Positions 1 to 10,355 of a DNA stretch of 64,000 bases are shown in pieces. This DNA is from an uncultured delta proteobacterium (GTDB lineage Bacteria > Desulfobacterota > Desulfuromonadia > Geobacterales > Pseudopelobacteraceae). Positions within the stretch are counted from its first letter, which is position 1, and each line of letters starts with the position of its first letter. The position numbers and the translations under genes were made by a program. A model generated the notes under the pieces. That model saw nothing but the letters and a program-made list of their open reading frames with translations, ran no database searches and had not been told where the DNA came from. Location: contig CAVYYZ010000012.1 in assembly GCA_963772835.1 (NCBI GenBank), positions 224,001 through 288,000 on the forward strand. The letters are read 5' to 3'.

Positions 1-2528
1 GTGCGGTGGTAGTCGAGAAAGGATTCCAGTGACGTCACGAGTGGACCGGCATTCCCGGAAGGGCGCAGACGGGTATCGATCTTATACACGTATCCCTCAC
101 GGGTCTGCATGGTGAGGATCGATATGATCTTCTGGGCCAGCTTGGCAAAATATTCGTGGTTTGATATCTGTTTCTCGCCGTCCGTATGCCCCTGATGATC
201 GTAGACAAAGATAATGTCCAGATCAGAGTGGTAGTTGAGCTCTCCCCCCCCGAGTTTACCCATAGCGATGATCGCCAGGTGCGCCGGGGCCCGGCCCATC
301 TCGTACTGAAAGGTCGGCTGTCCAAATCGATGCAGTTCGCTGACTGCCAGCCGGAATGCCGCAGCAAGACACACCTCGCCGAGCAGGCTGAGCTGCGCGG
401 TAACTTCTCCCTGTAGCAGACGGCCATGAATATCATTCAGGCCGATGCGCAGAAACTCCTCGTTACGATAACGGCGGAGGATATTCAGGTGATCTTCGAC
501 ATAGTCGCTCTGCTCAAGCAGTGCGTTCAGCTCCTCTTTCATAGTTTCTTTTGTTTTTACTATGGACGAACTGCCGCGGGCAACCAGACTGTCGAGCAGT
601 TCCGGGTGGCTGATTAAAATCTTTGAGAGGAATTCGGACATGCCAAAGAGAGACACCAGCAACTTGATCGTAGCGCGGTTTTCAGCCAGCAGCGCATAAT
701 AGGATGACCGGGTGGCAACAACGGTCATGAACCGTTCCAGATTGACCAACGCCATATCGGGATCGGGAGATTCAAAGATTTCCTGAATCATCTGCGGTGC
801 GATCTTTTCCAGCATCCGGCGGCTCCGTTCGGTCAGATTACCTTTCACCGGACCCCTCCGGAGCGATAACAGGTTGTCATATGCCCGGTCTACATCCTCA
901 AAATGACGCTCCGCCAACAGGTCCTTGACCAGATCGGAATCGGCTTTGGGATCAAGGAGAAACAGAACCTGCGGATGGACCTCTTCCTTGAGTTTCTCAT
1001 CCCGTGAATGAAAAAGGGTGCCATAGATATAGGACACGTTTTCACGGTGTTCTTCCAGCACTTCGCGAAAACGCTCCAGCCCGTTACTGCGCAGATAACC
1101 GCTGCGCCTGGCCAGCGCAAGCATTTCCTCCTCTTTAGCCGGCAGGTTATGCGTCTGGCGTTCCTGCACCACCTGAATCCGGTGCTCGACAGAACGGAGA
1201 AAGCGATAGGCTTCCCGCAGCTTGAGGTGATCCTCCTCCCCCAGCAGGTTTGCAGCCAGAAGGGTATCCAGGGCGCGAAGCGAGTTGCGTTCGCGCAATT
1301 TCGGGTTTTTGCCGGCATACACCAACTGCAGGGCCTGGATGAAAAATTCAATCTCTCGGATCCCCCCGCGACCGAGCTTGAGATTAATCTCCCCCTCCCG
1401 GGAACGAGCCAGCGAGGCATCGATTTTCTGTTTCATCTGTTTCATATCTTCGATCAGGTTGTAATCGAGATATTTACGATAGATAAACGGTTGAAGGGTT
1501 TTGAGCAGCTGTTCGCCAAGCGCCAGGCTGCCGGCCACAGGACGTGCTTTCAACATGGCGGTACGCTCCCAGGACTGCCCCCAGGATTCATAGTAGACCT
1601 CGGCCGAACGGAGCGAAACGGCCATATCACCCGATTTCCCTTCCGGCCTGAGGCCCACATCCACCCGAAATACGAAACCGTCCTCCGTCACCTGCGACAG
1701 AGCCTTGCTGATCATCTCTCCCAGTTTATTGAAAAAGGCGTGCAGCGAGATGACCCCTTTTCTTCCCCCGGATCCGGCCGTTTCACCTCTGTCCGACTCA
1801 TAAAAATAGATGATATCGATATCGGAAGAAAAATTGAGTTCCCGGCCGCCCAGTTTCCCCATTCCGATCACGGTCATTTCCGCCTCATGGGGAACCGCTC
1901 CCTCTTCTGTCACCAGCGGCACTCCATGATCACGAACCAGACAGCGCCGGCAGACCTGGTAGGCGACCTGAAGTGTTGACGAACCAAGATCGGCCAGTTC
2001 CCCCATTACCTCTTCCAGCGGGGCCAGGCCATTCAGATCGCGCGCGGCAATGCGCACAATCTCACGTCGTTTGAAACAGCGCAACGCTCTCTGCAGTGCG
2101 ACGAAATCAGTCGATTCATCCACCGTATCCTGCACTGCCGACTGCATCTCTTCAGAAGAACGGGCACGATCGATGCCGTTTTCCAGAAACAGCCAGCCAA
2201 CTATGTCGGGGGATTTGTACATCAGATTCACCAGAAACGGTGATGAGCCGCAGAGCAGAATGCATTGGGCCAGACGCTTCCTGTGCGCCGCCAATCCGGT
2301 CAGTATTTCCGGTGAGACGACTCCGGCCAGTCTTTCGAAGGAGTTCAGCGCCTGGTCAGGCGAGGGTGTCAAAAGTGCGTAAACGGCAATGCGATGCAGA
2401 GTTTCAACAGCGAACAGCTTCCGGAGCAGCAGAATATTTTCAGCAGTCCGGGCAGAGAAGTGAAAACCGTGGGACTGCAGGAATATGGTCAGCTCCTGCA
2501 GATTCACCGCGTGATCGCTGACCGTCAT
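1..2528 (-). CDS. glnE: Glutamine synthetase adenylyltransferase/deadenylylase (3' end runs off the window)
   Basis: Not in the ORF track because it has no stop in the window. Manual translation from ATG at 2528 gives MTVSDHAVNLQ..., with two nucleotidyltransferase motifs: MGKLGGRELNFSSDIDIIYFY (~1800-1865) and MGKLGGGELNYHSDLDIIFVY (~200-265). Confidence 0.93.
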   Translation of the reverse strand, partial: MTVSDHAVNLQELTIFLQSHGFHFSARTAENILLLRKLFAVETLHRIAVYALLTPSPDQALNSFERLAGVVSPEILTGLAAHRKRLAQCILLCGSSPFLVNLMYKSPDIVGWLFLENGIDRARSSEEMQSAVQDTVDESTDFVALQRALRCFKRREIVRIAARDLNGLAPLEEVMGELADLGSSTLQVAYQVCRRCLVRDHGVPLVTEEGAVPHEAEMTVIGMGKLGGRELNFSSDIDIIYFYESDRGETAGSGGRKGVISLHAFFNKLGEMISKALSQVTEDGFVFRVDVGLRPEGKSGDMAVSLRSAEVYYESWGQSWERTAMLKARPVAGSLALGEQLLKTLQPFIYRKYLDYNLIEDMKQMKQKIDASLARSREGEINLKLGRGGIREIEFFIQALQLVYAGKNPKLRERNSLRALDTLLAANLLGEEDHLKLREAYRFLRSVEHRIQVVQERQTHNLPAKEEEMLALARRSGYLRSNGLERFREVLEEHRENVSYIYGTLFHSRDEKLKEEVHPQVLFLLDPKADSDLVKDLLAERHFEDVDRAYDNLLSLRRGPVKGNLTERSRRMLEKIAPQMIQEIFESPDPDMALVNLERFMTVVATRSSYYALLAENRATIKLLVSLFGMSEFLSKILISHPELLDSLVARGSSSIVKTKETMKEELNALLEQSDYVEDHLNILRRYRNEEFLRIGLNDIHGRLLQGEVTAQLSLLGEVCLAAAFRLAVSELHRFGQPTFQYEMGRAPAHLAIIAMGKLGGGELNYHSDLDIIFVYDHQGHTDGEKQISNHEYFAKLAQKIISILTMQTREGYVYKIDTRLRPSGNAGPLVTSLESFLDYHR

Positions 2529-2568
2529 GATACGGCTGAAGTCCTGAGAGAAACGTTCTATGTGCATG

Positions 2569-3609
2569 TCAGGCCCCGGACATCTTGCGCAGTCCGTTGC
2601 GGTAGTCGCCGGTGACAATGCCGTTTTCAGTTATAATGGCCGAAATATACCGGGCCGGCGTTACATCGAACGCCGGGTTGCGCACCCTGACCCCTTCCGG
2701 CGCGATGGCAATCCCCTTAATGTGGGTTACTTCACTCGTTGGTCGTTCTTCTATCGGAATTTTGCTGCCGTCTGAAAGAGACAGATCAAAGGTTGAAACC
2801 GGAGCGGCGACATAGAACGGTATGCCGTTCTCTTTGGCAAGTACCGCAACCGAATAGGTACCGATTTTGTTCGCGGTATCACCGTTGGCGGCGATCCGGT
2901 CGGCTCCGACGACGCAGCAGGTTATTTCGCCCCGGTTCATGAAGAACCCGGCCATGTTGTCAGATATCAGTGTCGTCTGAATACCCTCCTTCATCAGCTC
3001 CCAGGCGGTCAGACGGGCCCCCTGCAGCCAGGGGCGGGTCTCGTCGGCAAAAACCTGGATCTTTTTCCCCGCTTCATGTGCGGCACGGATAACTCCGAGA
3101 GCGGTGCCGTAGCCGGCGGTGGCCAGCCCTCCGGCATTACAGTGGGTCAGTACGGTTGCTCCCTCAGGAATCAGCGTAGCGCCCCATTTGCCGATGTTCC
3201 GGCAGATGGTCAGATCTTCCTGCTCGATCCTGATCGCTTCTTTTTTGAGCGCTTCGCGAATGTTATCGAGACTCATGCCGCGATGATCCTCCGCAACCCG
3301 CTTCATCCGCTCCAGCCCCCAGAAGAGGTTGACCGCCGTCGGGCGGGTCCGCCCCAATATGTCACAGATATTGTCGAGCTGGCGGAAAAATGATTCATGG
3401 GTATCGGCGATAATCGACCGCGCCCCCAACGCAACCCCCATGGCGGCCGCAACTCCGATGGCCGGCGCTCCCCGGATGATCATCCCCTTTATGGCTTCCG
3501 CAACCGATTGAAAATCGCCATAGCTGTTGTAGATCTCTTCGCCCGGCAGGCGGGTCTGGTCGATCATGATCACTGTGTTGTCGCGCCATTCGATGGTACG
3601 GAAGGACAT
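2569..3609 (-). CDS. mtnA: Methylthioribose-1-phosphate isomerase
   Basis: [37 protein letters not shown] and [10 protein letters not shown] motifs; start moved to MSFRTIEW at 3609. Confidence 0.95.
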   Translation of the reverse strand: MSFRTIEWRDNTVIMIDQTRLPGEEIYNSYGDFQSVAEAIKGMIIRGAPAIGVAAAMGVALGARSIIADTHESFFRQLDNICDILGRTRPTAVNLFWGLERMKRVAEDHRGMSLDNIREALKKEAIRIEQEDLTICRNIGKWGATLIPEGATVLTHCNAGGLATAGYGTALGVIRAAHEAGKKIQVFADETRPWLQGARLTAWELMKEGIQTTLISDNMAGFFMNRGEITCCVVGADRIAANGDTANKIGTYSVAVLAKENGIPFYVAAPVSTFDLSLSDGSKIPIEERPTSEVTHIKGIAIAPEGVRVRNPAFDVTPARYISAIITENGIVTGDYRNGLRKMSGA

Positions 3610-3857
3610 GAGGACTCCTCTGCTCGTAGTACCGCGGCTGCCGGAGAAGGATGAAAAAGGCAGCTGCAGATGGGTGTAAGATGCCATGATTTTCCTTTTT
3701 TCACAACAGAGTTGTCTGTGAACGTGTGATACGAAAAAACCCGGGCATCGCACTATCCCCCGTTGTTAAAGCCGATTTATACACCACTGTTCAGCCACCG
3801 ATGCTGCAGAGCCATTTCCGCTTGCCGCCACTTCGTTCTTCCTGCTATACATCGGTC

Positions 3858-4415
3858 ATGGACACCATCCCGCAAAAAGTCGGACTGACCGATATTTTCC
3901 TTACCTTTGCCACCATCGGCTTGACCGGATTCGGCGGCGGCATGGCCATTGTGGCGATTGTTGAGCGGGTCTGTGTCCGGGAAAAGAAGTGGATTTCACC
4001 GGAAGAATTTATGCACGGCCTGGCCTTCGGCCAGATTCTGGGGCCTTTTTCGCTCAACGTCTGCACCTTTACCGGACATCATCTGCGCGGTATCCGCGGC
4101 GGTGTGATCGCCGCCATCGGTTTCATCATGCCTTCATTTCTGCTGATGTCAATGCTCTCCTGGCTCTATTTCACCTATAACAAACTCCCCCAACTGCAGG
4201 CGGCCCTCAAGGGAACCAACCCGGTGGTCATCGGACTGATCGTGGTGGTTGCCATTGATATGGGGCGCAAACAGATCAAGGGTGGCAACGGTGTCCTGAT
4301 GGCCCTGGCAGCCTTTGCAGCGTCGGTTGTGTTCAAACTGAATGCCGCCCTGATACTGGTCGCTGCAGCCCTCTGGGCGCTGGGTTTCAGCCTCTACCGC
4401 CGGAGAAGCAGCTGA
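3858..4415 (+). CDS. Short-chain chromate transporter (CHR family), first subunit
   Basis: TGFGGG and GQILGP motifs, hydrophobic; ATG at 3858; stop overlaps the partner start. Confidence 0.85.
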   Translation: MDTIPQKVGLTDIFLTFATIGLTGFGGGMAIVAIVERVCVREKKWISPEEFMHGLAFGQILGPFSLNVCTFTGHHLRGIRGGVIAAIGFIMPSFLLMSMLSWLYFTYNKLPQLQAALKGTNPVVIGLIVVVAIDMGRKQIKGGNGVLMALAAFAASVVFKLNAALILVAAALWALGFSLYRRRSS

Positions 4416-4933
4416 TGGGATCGATGCTGACACTCGCCTGGATCTACCTTCGCATCGGGGTTATGTTCGTGGGGGGAGGCTATGTGCTGATTCCGCTCTT
4501 GAATCATATCATGGTCGAAAAGTACGGCTGGCTGACTCTGCGGCAATTCCTTGACGGACTCGCCCTGTCCCAGTTGACCCCCGGACCGCTGGCCATGCTG
4601 GCCACCTTCACCGGCTTCCGCGCAGGCGGTTTCACGGGCGCGCTGGTGGCGACAGTCTGTATCTTTATTCCCTGCGTCGTGCTGATGCTGGTAATCGGGC
4701 GCAATTACCACCGCCTGAAGAGCATCGACATCATCGGTTCGACTCTTGACGGTCTGCTTCCTGCGGTTGTCGGACTGGTGGCTGCCGCGGCATGGAACCT
4801 TGGTGCTTCATCCCTCACCGGCTTGAAAGATTTTTTGATCCTGGGAGCCGGTTTTTGTATTTTCAAATGGACAAAAATCAGCCCGATGGTTGTTATTCTC
4901 GGGGCAGGGTTGGTGGGAATAATAATACACTGA
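4415..4933 (+). CDS. Short-chain chromate transporter (CHR family), second subunit
   Basis: FVGGGY and SQLTPGP motifs; TGATG coupling to the upstream paralogue. Confidence 0.88.
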   Translation: MGSMLTLAWIYLRIGVMFVGGGYVLIPLLNHIMVEKYGWLTLRQFLDGLALSQLTPGPLAMLATFTGFRAGGFTGALVATVCIFIPCVVLMLVIGRNYHRLKSIDIIGSTLDGLLPAVVGLVAAAAWNLGASSLTGLKDFLILGAGFCIFKWTKISPMVVILGAGLVGIIIH

Positions 4934-5028
4934 CCGGTACCATTCATATTAGGAGCATCGGATTTTAATAAAGGCACTCGGTTTCACCGGTGCCTTTTTA
5001 CGTGCGGTATGCTATTGTGTCAGACCTT

Positions 5029-7533
5029 ATGGAAACTCAATTCACTTCTGATTGCCGCGCCATGATGCGCCACGAAATTACCACCGCCAAAGGGAACGAG
5101 GTCTTCTTCATCGGCCGCACCAACGTGGACGGAGTCGTCTACGAAGCTGAAGCCATAGCACGCGGCAACAAGGTGGCCGTTCCTGCCATCATCTCCCGGG
5201 CCTCCGGCGGCGACGTCGTTATTCACAACCACCCCACCGGCGACCTTACCCCTTCTTCCGCCGATATGGACATCGCCTCGGTCTGCGGCAATCAGGGGAT
5301 CGGTTTTGCCATCATCGATAACAGTTGCGTCCGCTGTTATCAGGTAGTTTCCCCGCATATTGAAAAAAAAGGGGAGCTGCTTTCTCTGGAGGAGATCGGC
5401 CGCGTTTTTGCCAAAGACGGCATGATGGCCCACCTCAAGGGTTTTGAACAACGGGATGAACAGGTGAGAATGGCTTTTGCCGTAGCCGAAGCCTTCAACC
5501 GGGACCGGGTGGTACTGGTCGAGGCAGGCACCGGAACCGGCAAATCGCTGGCGTACCTGATACCGGCGATTCTCTGGGCAGTACGGAATAATGAACGGAT
5601 TGTGGTCTCCACAAACACCATCAACCTTCAGGAACAGCTGATCAGAAAAGACCTTCCATTCCTGGCCCGCAACTCCGCCATTGAGTTCAAAGCTGTTCTG
5701 GTCAAGGGGCGCAGCAACTATGCCTGTCTGCGCAAACTTGAGCATGCCGAGGCTGAGCCGGCGCTTTTTCCCGATGAATCATCGGCCGAACTGACCACTA
5801 TCATAGAATGGAGCAAAGGATGCAAGGACGGCTGCCGCAGCGACCTGGCCTTTACGCCTCACGCCGGCACCTGGGAAGAGATCTGCTGCGAAGCGGACCA
5901 GTGCAGCCGCTCCAAATGCAAACACTTCAACCGCTGCTTTTTTTACCGGGCCAGGCGCGACTCATCGGCCGCGCGGGTACTGGTAGTCAACCACGCCCTG
6001 CTGCTCTCTGACATCGTCCTCCGCAAAGAGACCGGTTACGATGCCACCGCAATCCTCCCCCCTTTTACCCGTCTGATCTTCGACGAAGGGCACCATCTGG
6101 AAGACGTCGCCACCAGCCATCTGTCGCTGACGATCGCCCGCAGCGGGATCCTCAAGCAGCTGCAGCGTCTGGTGCCTCATAAAGCCGGCCGGGCAGGGCT
6201 GCTGACGATTATCTCCTCCCGTATCACCCGTGATCTGCCGGAATCGCAGGAAGGGCTTTATGCCGAGCTTTCGGGACTGTTGGAAAGCCACCTTCTTCCC
6301 AAGGCACATGATCTGGCAGGAACCACGGAACAGACCATGGATTGGCTGGCGATCAGCGTAGAACACGGAGCGGGGGGCATCGCCGGGCGGGAGCAGAAAC
6401 TGCGGATTACCCCTGAGGTGGAGCGAACACCCTTCTGGCAGGAGTGCCGTCAGCGGCTGCACGCTCTGTCGGATGCCGTAAATGACTATACCGCGGCGCT
6501 GCGCACGTTCGTACGACGTTCGAAGGATCTTCCGGAGAAGCTGCAGGAAAAACTGGCGGACCAGTTGCTCGATACGAGCGGCATTGAAGCGCGGCTGCAG
6601 GGAATGGCCGATGCACTGCTGTTTTTCACGACCGAAGCCGAAGGGTACTGCCGCTGGATAGAGACCAAGCGGGGCAATCGGGGCGTTCAGGCCCGGCTCA
6701 CCGCCGCACCGCTCGACATTTCGGACCAACTCAAGGAAACTGTCCTCGATCGGCTCAAGACCATCATCGTCACCTCCGCCACGCTGACGGTGGGAGGGGA
6801 ATTCGGCTATCTTAAAAAAAGAACCGGTTTCGCCCTGCTCCCCAAAGAGCGTCTGTCGGAATTGCTGCTGGCATCGCCGTTTGACTATGCCCGCCAGGTT
6901 TTTGTAGCCATACCGGAGGAGATGGCGGAGCCGACGGCACCCGGCTACCGGGAGGCACTTGAGAGCCATATCATCAGAGCGGTCACGATCTCACGAGGAG
7001 GCGCCTTTATCCTCTTCACCTCCTACGATCTTCTCAACCGTGTGTACCAGGCTCTGTCACCAGCACTGGCCCGCCTTGGGCTGACCGCACTCAAACAGGG
7101 AGAAACCGGGCGCCACGCGCTGCTGACACAATTCCGCTCGGAGGGAAATGCTGTGCTGTTCGGCACCGATTCGTTCTGGGAGGGAGTTGATGTCAAGGGA
7201 GAGGCGCTGAGACTGGTGATCATCGCCCGGCTCCCGTTTCAAGTGCCGACCGAGCCGGTTCAACAGGCCCGCGCCGAGAAGATCAAGGCTGACGGCGGTG
7301 ACCCGTTTCGCGATTTTTCCGTGCCACAGGCGGTCATCAAATTCCGGCAGGGTTTCGGGCGCCTTATCCGCAGCCGCGATGACCGCGGAGCGGTGTTGAT
7401 TCTCGACCGACGCGTGCTCAACAAGAGTTACGGCAGGATCTTCCTCCGTTCGCTGCCGGACACGGAAATTATCAGGGGGGATTCGGCGGATATATTCAGA
7501 AGGATGGAGGAGTTTTTCCAAGTGGACAAGTAA
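5029..7533 (+). CDS. dinG: DinG/YoaA-family Fe-S helicase with an N-terminal RadC-like JAB domain
   Basis: Q motif GFEQRDEQ, Walker A EAGTGTGKS, Cys cluster, DEGHHL, SATL, QGFGRLIRS; N-terminal E...HNHPTGDLTPSSAD. Confidence 0.88.
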   Translation: METQFTSDCRAMMRHEITTAKGNEVFFIGRTNVDGVVYEAEAIARGNKVAVPAIISRASGGDVVIHNHPTGDLTPSSADMDIASVCGNQGIGFAIIDNSCVRCYQVVSPHIEKKGELLSLEEIGRVFAKDGMMAHLKGFEQRDEQVRMAFAVAEAFNRDRVVLVEAGTGTGKSLAYLIPAILWAVRNNERIVVSTNTINLQEQLIRKDLPFLARNSAIEFKAVLVKGRSNYACLRKLEHAEAEPALFPDESSAELTTIIEWSKGCKDGCRSDLAFTPHAGTWEEICCEADQCSRSKCKHFNRCFFYRARRDSSAARVLVVNHALLLSDIVLRKETGYDATAILPPFTRLIFDEGHHLEDVATSHLSLTIARSGILKQLQRLVPHKAGRAGLLTIISSRITRDLPESQEGLYAELSGLLESHLLPKAHDLAGTTEQTMDWLAISVEHGAGGIAGREQKLRITPEVERTPFWQECRQRLHALSDAVNDYTAALRTFVRRSKDLPEKLQEKLADQLLDTSGIEARLQGMADALLFFTTEAEGYCRWIETKRGNRGVQARLTAAPLDISDQLKETVLDRLKTIIVTSATLTVGGEFGYLKKRTGFALLPKERLSELLLASPFDYARQVFVAIPEEMAEPTAPGYREALESHIIRAVTISRGGAFILFTSYDLLNRVYQALSPALARLGLTALKQGETGRHALLTQFRSEGNAVLFGTDSFWEGVDVKGEALRLVIIARLPFQVPTEPVQQARAEKIKADGGDPFRDFSVPQAVIKFRQGFGRLIRSRDDRGAVLILDRRVLNKSYGRIFLRSLPDTEIIRGDSADIFRRMEEFFQVDK

Positions 7534-7553
7534 AATTCAAAAAGCAGATCTCT

Positions 7554-7680
7554 ACCACGAGGGCACGAAGATCACGAAGAAAACAACTACTCTAAAAAAT
7601 ATGGCTGAAAATGAACTCCGTCCGATGAGGGTTTTCAGCCTCCGTTTTCAAAAACTTCGTGTCCTCCGTGCCTTCGTGGT
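7554..7680. repeat. 127-bp nested palindromic element with CACGAAG-type tandem units in its arms
   Basis: Arms 7554-7579 and 7655-7680 match at 22/26 as an inverted repeat; inner inverted repeat GGCTGAAAA (7603-7611) / TTTTCAGCC (7632-7640); lies between convergent genes. Confidence 0.8.
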
Positions 7681-7693
7681 GAATAATGTTTCG

Positions 7694-8182
7694 TCAGGTT
7701 AAAGACTTCATCCGTTTTTTTGCGCTGAAATTGAAACACTGGAAATACATCAGGCAGGTCAGCAGAAACGAGAAGATTGTGGTGGCGAGAACCGGTATTG
7801 CGCCTACCGACTTTTTTACGTCCGGAACAAGCGTAACAAAAACCATATAGAAAGCCACGCCGCAGAATTTCCACAAATCACCGACCAAACGTTTTTTACG
7901 CAGAGCTGCGGTCATTTCGATTGATAATTTTGGCTGGCTCCCTTCGATTTCAACACCTGCGTCACGCCAGGCCAGACGATAAACCGGGTAAAGAATCAGC
8001 AGCTGGACAGCGATGGCAGTAACAATACTGCTGATAAACTGCTCCGGCTTGTGAAGAGCGGCAAACCCACTCTGGAAAATTATCGCCACGACAATCAGCA
8101 TCCCGGTAATTATTGTCTGAACGATACGATAAATCATCATCTGCCGGTTAAGTTTTTTGAAATCGTTACTGGCCATTGACAT
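7694..8182 (-). CDS. Hypothetical membrane protein (about 4 transmembrane segments)
   Basis: 162-aa ORF with four hydrophobic stretches; GGAG ribosome-binding site upstream. Confidence 0.7.
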   Translation of the reverse strand: MSMASNDFKKLNRQMMIYRIVQTIITGMLIVVAIIFQSGFAALHKPEQFISSIVTAIAVQLLILYPVYRLAWRDAGVEIEGSQPKLSIEMTAALRKKRLVGDLWKFCGVAFYMVFVTLVPDVKKSVGAIPVLATTIFSFLLTCLMYFQCFNFSAKKRMKSLT

Positions 8183-8342
8183 ACACTCCGCAAGGTATTT
8201 ATAAGTAAGCTTGAACAGATCGCGAATGTAGCAGAAAGCGTCAGTTTGTACAAGCGGCCGAAAGAGAACTCCTCTATACTGCCGGCAGCATCACATCCAG
8301 CTGTCGCCCGGCAGCAGTGTCTGCCACAAGGTGTCTGAAATA

Positions 8343-9278
8343 ATGAATATTCTTCGCCGTATATTCCATCCTATCATGGCCCTGATCGCCATTCAGCTTG
8401 TCTGGATCACCCTTGTCGTGTTCTGGATCTACTGGTTTATCGGTAAGCACAACGAGTTGCGCCAGTTGGCCGAAAAATATCGCCCCGAGCTGCTCGGGCA
8501 GGGAGCAAACTGGCCGGTCATGGTAGAAGGTTTGGTCATGCTGGTTCTTATCCTGATCGGCGTGTATGTTATCTTTGTCTACTGGAACCGCCAATCAAAC
8601 CTGTATCTTCAGCAGCGCAACATTATTTCCCAGGTGACCCATGAGCTGAAATCCCCGCTCGCTTCCATACAGCTCCACCTTGAGACAATCCGCCTGAGAA
8701 GACCGTCTGAGGAGCGTCTTGATTCTTTCGTCGGCACCATGCTGGCAGACACCGACCGGCTTCATTATCTGATAAATAATCTTCTGATGGCCGCACGACT
8801 CGAACAGCGGCGCAAGCAATCCGAACGACGACTGACCGATGTATCGCAATTGTTGGAAGAGCACGTCGAGCGGGAACGGACCACATTGCCGCAAGGGGGA
8901 AGTATTTCATTCGAATCCGTCGCCGGACTGAAGGCTCTGGTCGACCCGGAAGAGATGAGTATGGTGGTGCGCAACCTGCTTGAGAATGCAGTGCTCTATT
9001 CTCCCCAAAGTCCGGACATATCGGTCCGGCTGGTCAGGGCGGGGGGATGGCTGCATCTTTCGGTACAGGATCAGGGGCGGGGACTTGACAGGAAAGAGCT
9101 GAAAAAAGTGTTTGACAGGTTCTATCGGGTCCAGCCGCCGGGAGGCAATGTACGGGGCACAGGGCTCGGCCTCTACATCGTGGAATCAGTGATAACCGGG
9201 TATGGCGGGACAGTCGGCGTGACAAGCGCCGGGACGGGTAAAGGTTGCACGTTTACGGTAAAATTTCCTGCGTCATGA
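8343..9278 (+). CDS. Membrane sensor histidine kinase
   Basis: Two TM helices, HELKSPL, NLLENAVLYS, DQGRG, GTGLGL; start could be 8331 instead. Confidence 0.92.
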   Translation: MNILRRIFHPIMALIAIQLVWITLVVFWIYWFIGKHNELRQLAEKYRPELLGQGANWPVMVEGLVMLVLILIGVYVIFVYWNRQSNLYLQQRNIISQVTHELKSPLASIQLHLETIRLRRPSEERLDSFVGTMLADTDRLHYLINNLLMAARLEQRRKQSERRLTDVSQLLEEHVERERTTLPQGGSISFESVAGLKALVDPEEMSMVVRNLLENAVLYSPQSPDISVRLVRAGGWLHLSVQDQGRGLDRKELKKVFDRFYRVQPPGGNVRGTGLGLYIVESVITGYGGTVGVTSAGTGKGCTFTVKFPAS

Positions 9279-9288
9279 GGCGACTGCG

Positions 9289-9996
9289 ATGACTGACGAT
9301 AAACCACATATCATGCTGGTTGAAGACGAAATCCATCTGGCGCGCGGCATCTGCTTCAATCTGGAGGAAGAGGGGCATAGGGTCAGCCATTTTGAAACCG
9401 CCGAGCGGGCTCTCGCCACTCTCGAAATTGAGCGGTTTGACCTGGTTATTCTGGATGTCATGCTCCCCGGAATGGATGGTTTTCAAGCGTGCCGTGCCAT
9501 CAGGGCTGTTGACCCTCGAGTCCCTATTCTGATGCTGACAGCCCGCTCCGAAGATGCCGACCGGGTCGAGGGGCTGGAAAACGGAGCCGATGATTACCTG
9601 ACCAAACCGTTCAATCTTGTGGAATTTCTGCTGCGGGTCAAGGGGATGCTGCGTCGATCTTCATGGTATCGGCCGGACCCGGTTGAGGAAGGGTACCGTT
9701 TTGGCGACAACGAGGTTTTTCTGCTTTCGTACCGGGCCAGAACGGCTCAGGGGGAGATTGACCTGACAGAGATGGAAGTTCGCGTACTGTCCCTTTTTTT
9801 CCAGAAAGAAGGACAGGCCGTTCATCGCAGCGATCTGCTGCACTCCGTCTGGGGGTACAGCAGCGACACCGAAACCAGAACCCTCGATAATTTCATCGTC
9901 CGGCTCCGGAAATATTTTGAACCGGACCCTTCACATCCGAAGCATTTTCAGACGGTGCGCGGCGTCGGATATCGATTCAGCCGTGAAGGGGAGTAA
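9289..9996 (+). CDS. OmpR-family response regulator
   Basis: VEDE, LDVMLPG and KPF receiver motifs; winged-helix end TVRGVGYRF. Confidence 0.95.
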   Translation: MTDDKPHIMLVEDEIHLARGICFNLEEEGHRVSHFETAERALATLEIERFDLVILDVMLPGMDGFQACRAIRAVDPRVPILMLTARSEDADRVEGLENGADDYLTKPFNLVEFLLRVKGMLRRSSWYRPDPVEEGYRFGDNEVFLLSYRARTAQGEIDLTEMEVRVLSLFFQKEGQAVHRSDLLHSVWGYSSDTETRTLDNFIVRLRKYFEPDPSHPKHFQTVRGVGYRFSREGE

Positions 9997-10239
9997 GCGG
10001 TGGTAAAATGCGGGAAGGCGCGCATGAGAAGACAGCAGTTTGTTAACGGCTCCATCTCGACTTTGCAGTTGCATTTAGAGTGAGTGGGAGGTATACGTTA
10101 ACCCGTTTTTATGTTATTTTTTCATCTTCCGGGGGAGGGTATCTTGATTGAGGACATCCGACAATCGGGATCAAGCTGGCCGTTCATGTCGTCATAGAGA
10201 CGGTTGAACGGTTTTTTTGTTTTTTGGTGAGGTGGCTTT

Positions 10240-10355
10240 ATGTTGAAGGATATGAAAGCACACACCCACCTGAAGCCCGGGCAGAAGGGTACCAGACGTC
10301 TGGTGGAACAGTTCGGAGACAAGCTCATCTGCGTCCGGTATCGCTATGATGCAAT
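10240..10355 (+). pseudogene. 5' fragment of a small hypothetical gene, truncated at the attC-like site
   Basis: GAGG RBS and ATG, reads MLKDMKAHTHLKPGQKGTRRLVEQFGDKLICVRYRYDA, then runs into the palindrome. Resembles a recurring LKPGQKGTKRL..CVRYRYD family (from memory, unverified). Confidence 0.55.

Noticed and set aside
1008..1979. 323-aa plus-strand ORF
   Set aside because: Antisense to glnE, which the ORF track missed because it runs off the window.
3700..3722. TTCACA-N11-TGTGAA between divergent mtnA and CHR genes
   Set aside because: 6-bp arms are too short to separate from chance without comparative data.
5020..6969. 241-aa and 335-aa minus-strand ORFs
   Set aside because: Antisense shadows of the DinG gene, expected in GC-rich coding DNA.
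7554..7680. Possible CRISPR mini-array from the repeated CACGAAG units
   Set aside because: Units are 8-9 nt, adjacent and inverted; no spacers and no cas genes.
9997..10240. Possible intI tail or attI site
   Set aside because: No convincing tyrosine-recombinase translation or attI structure by eye.
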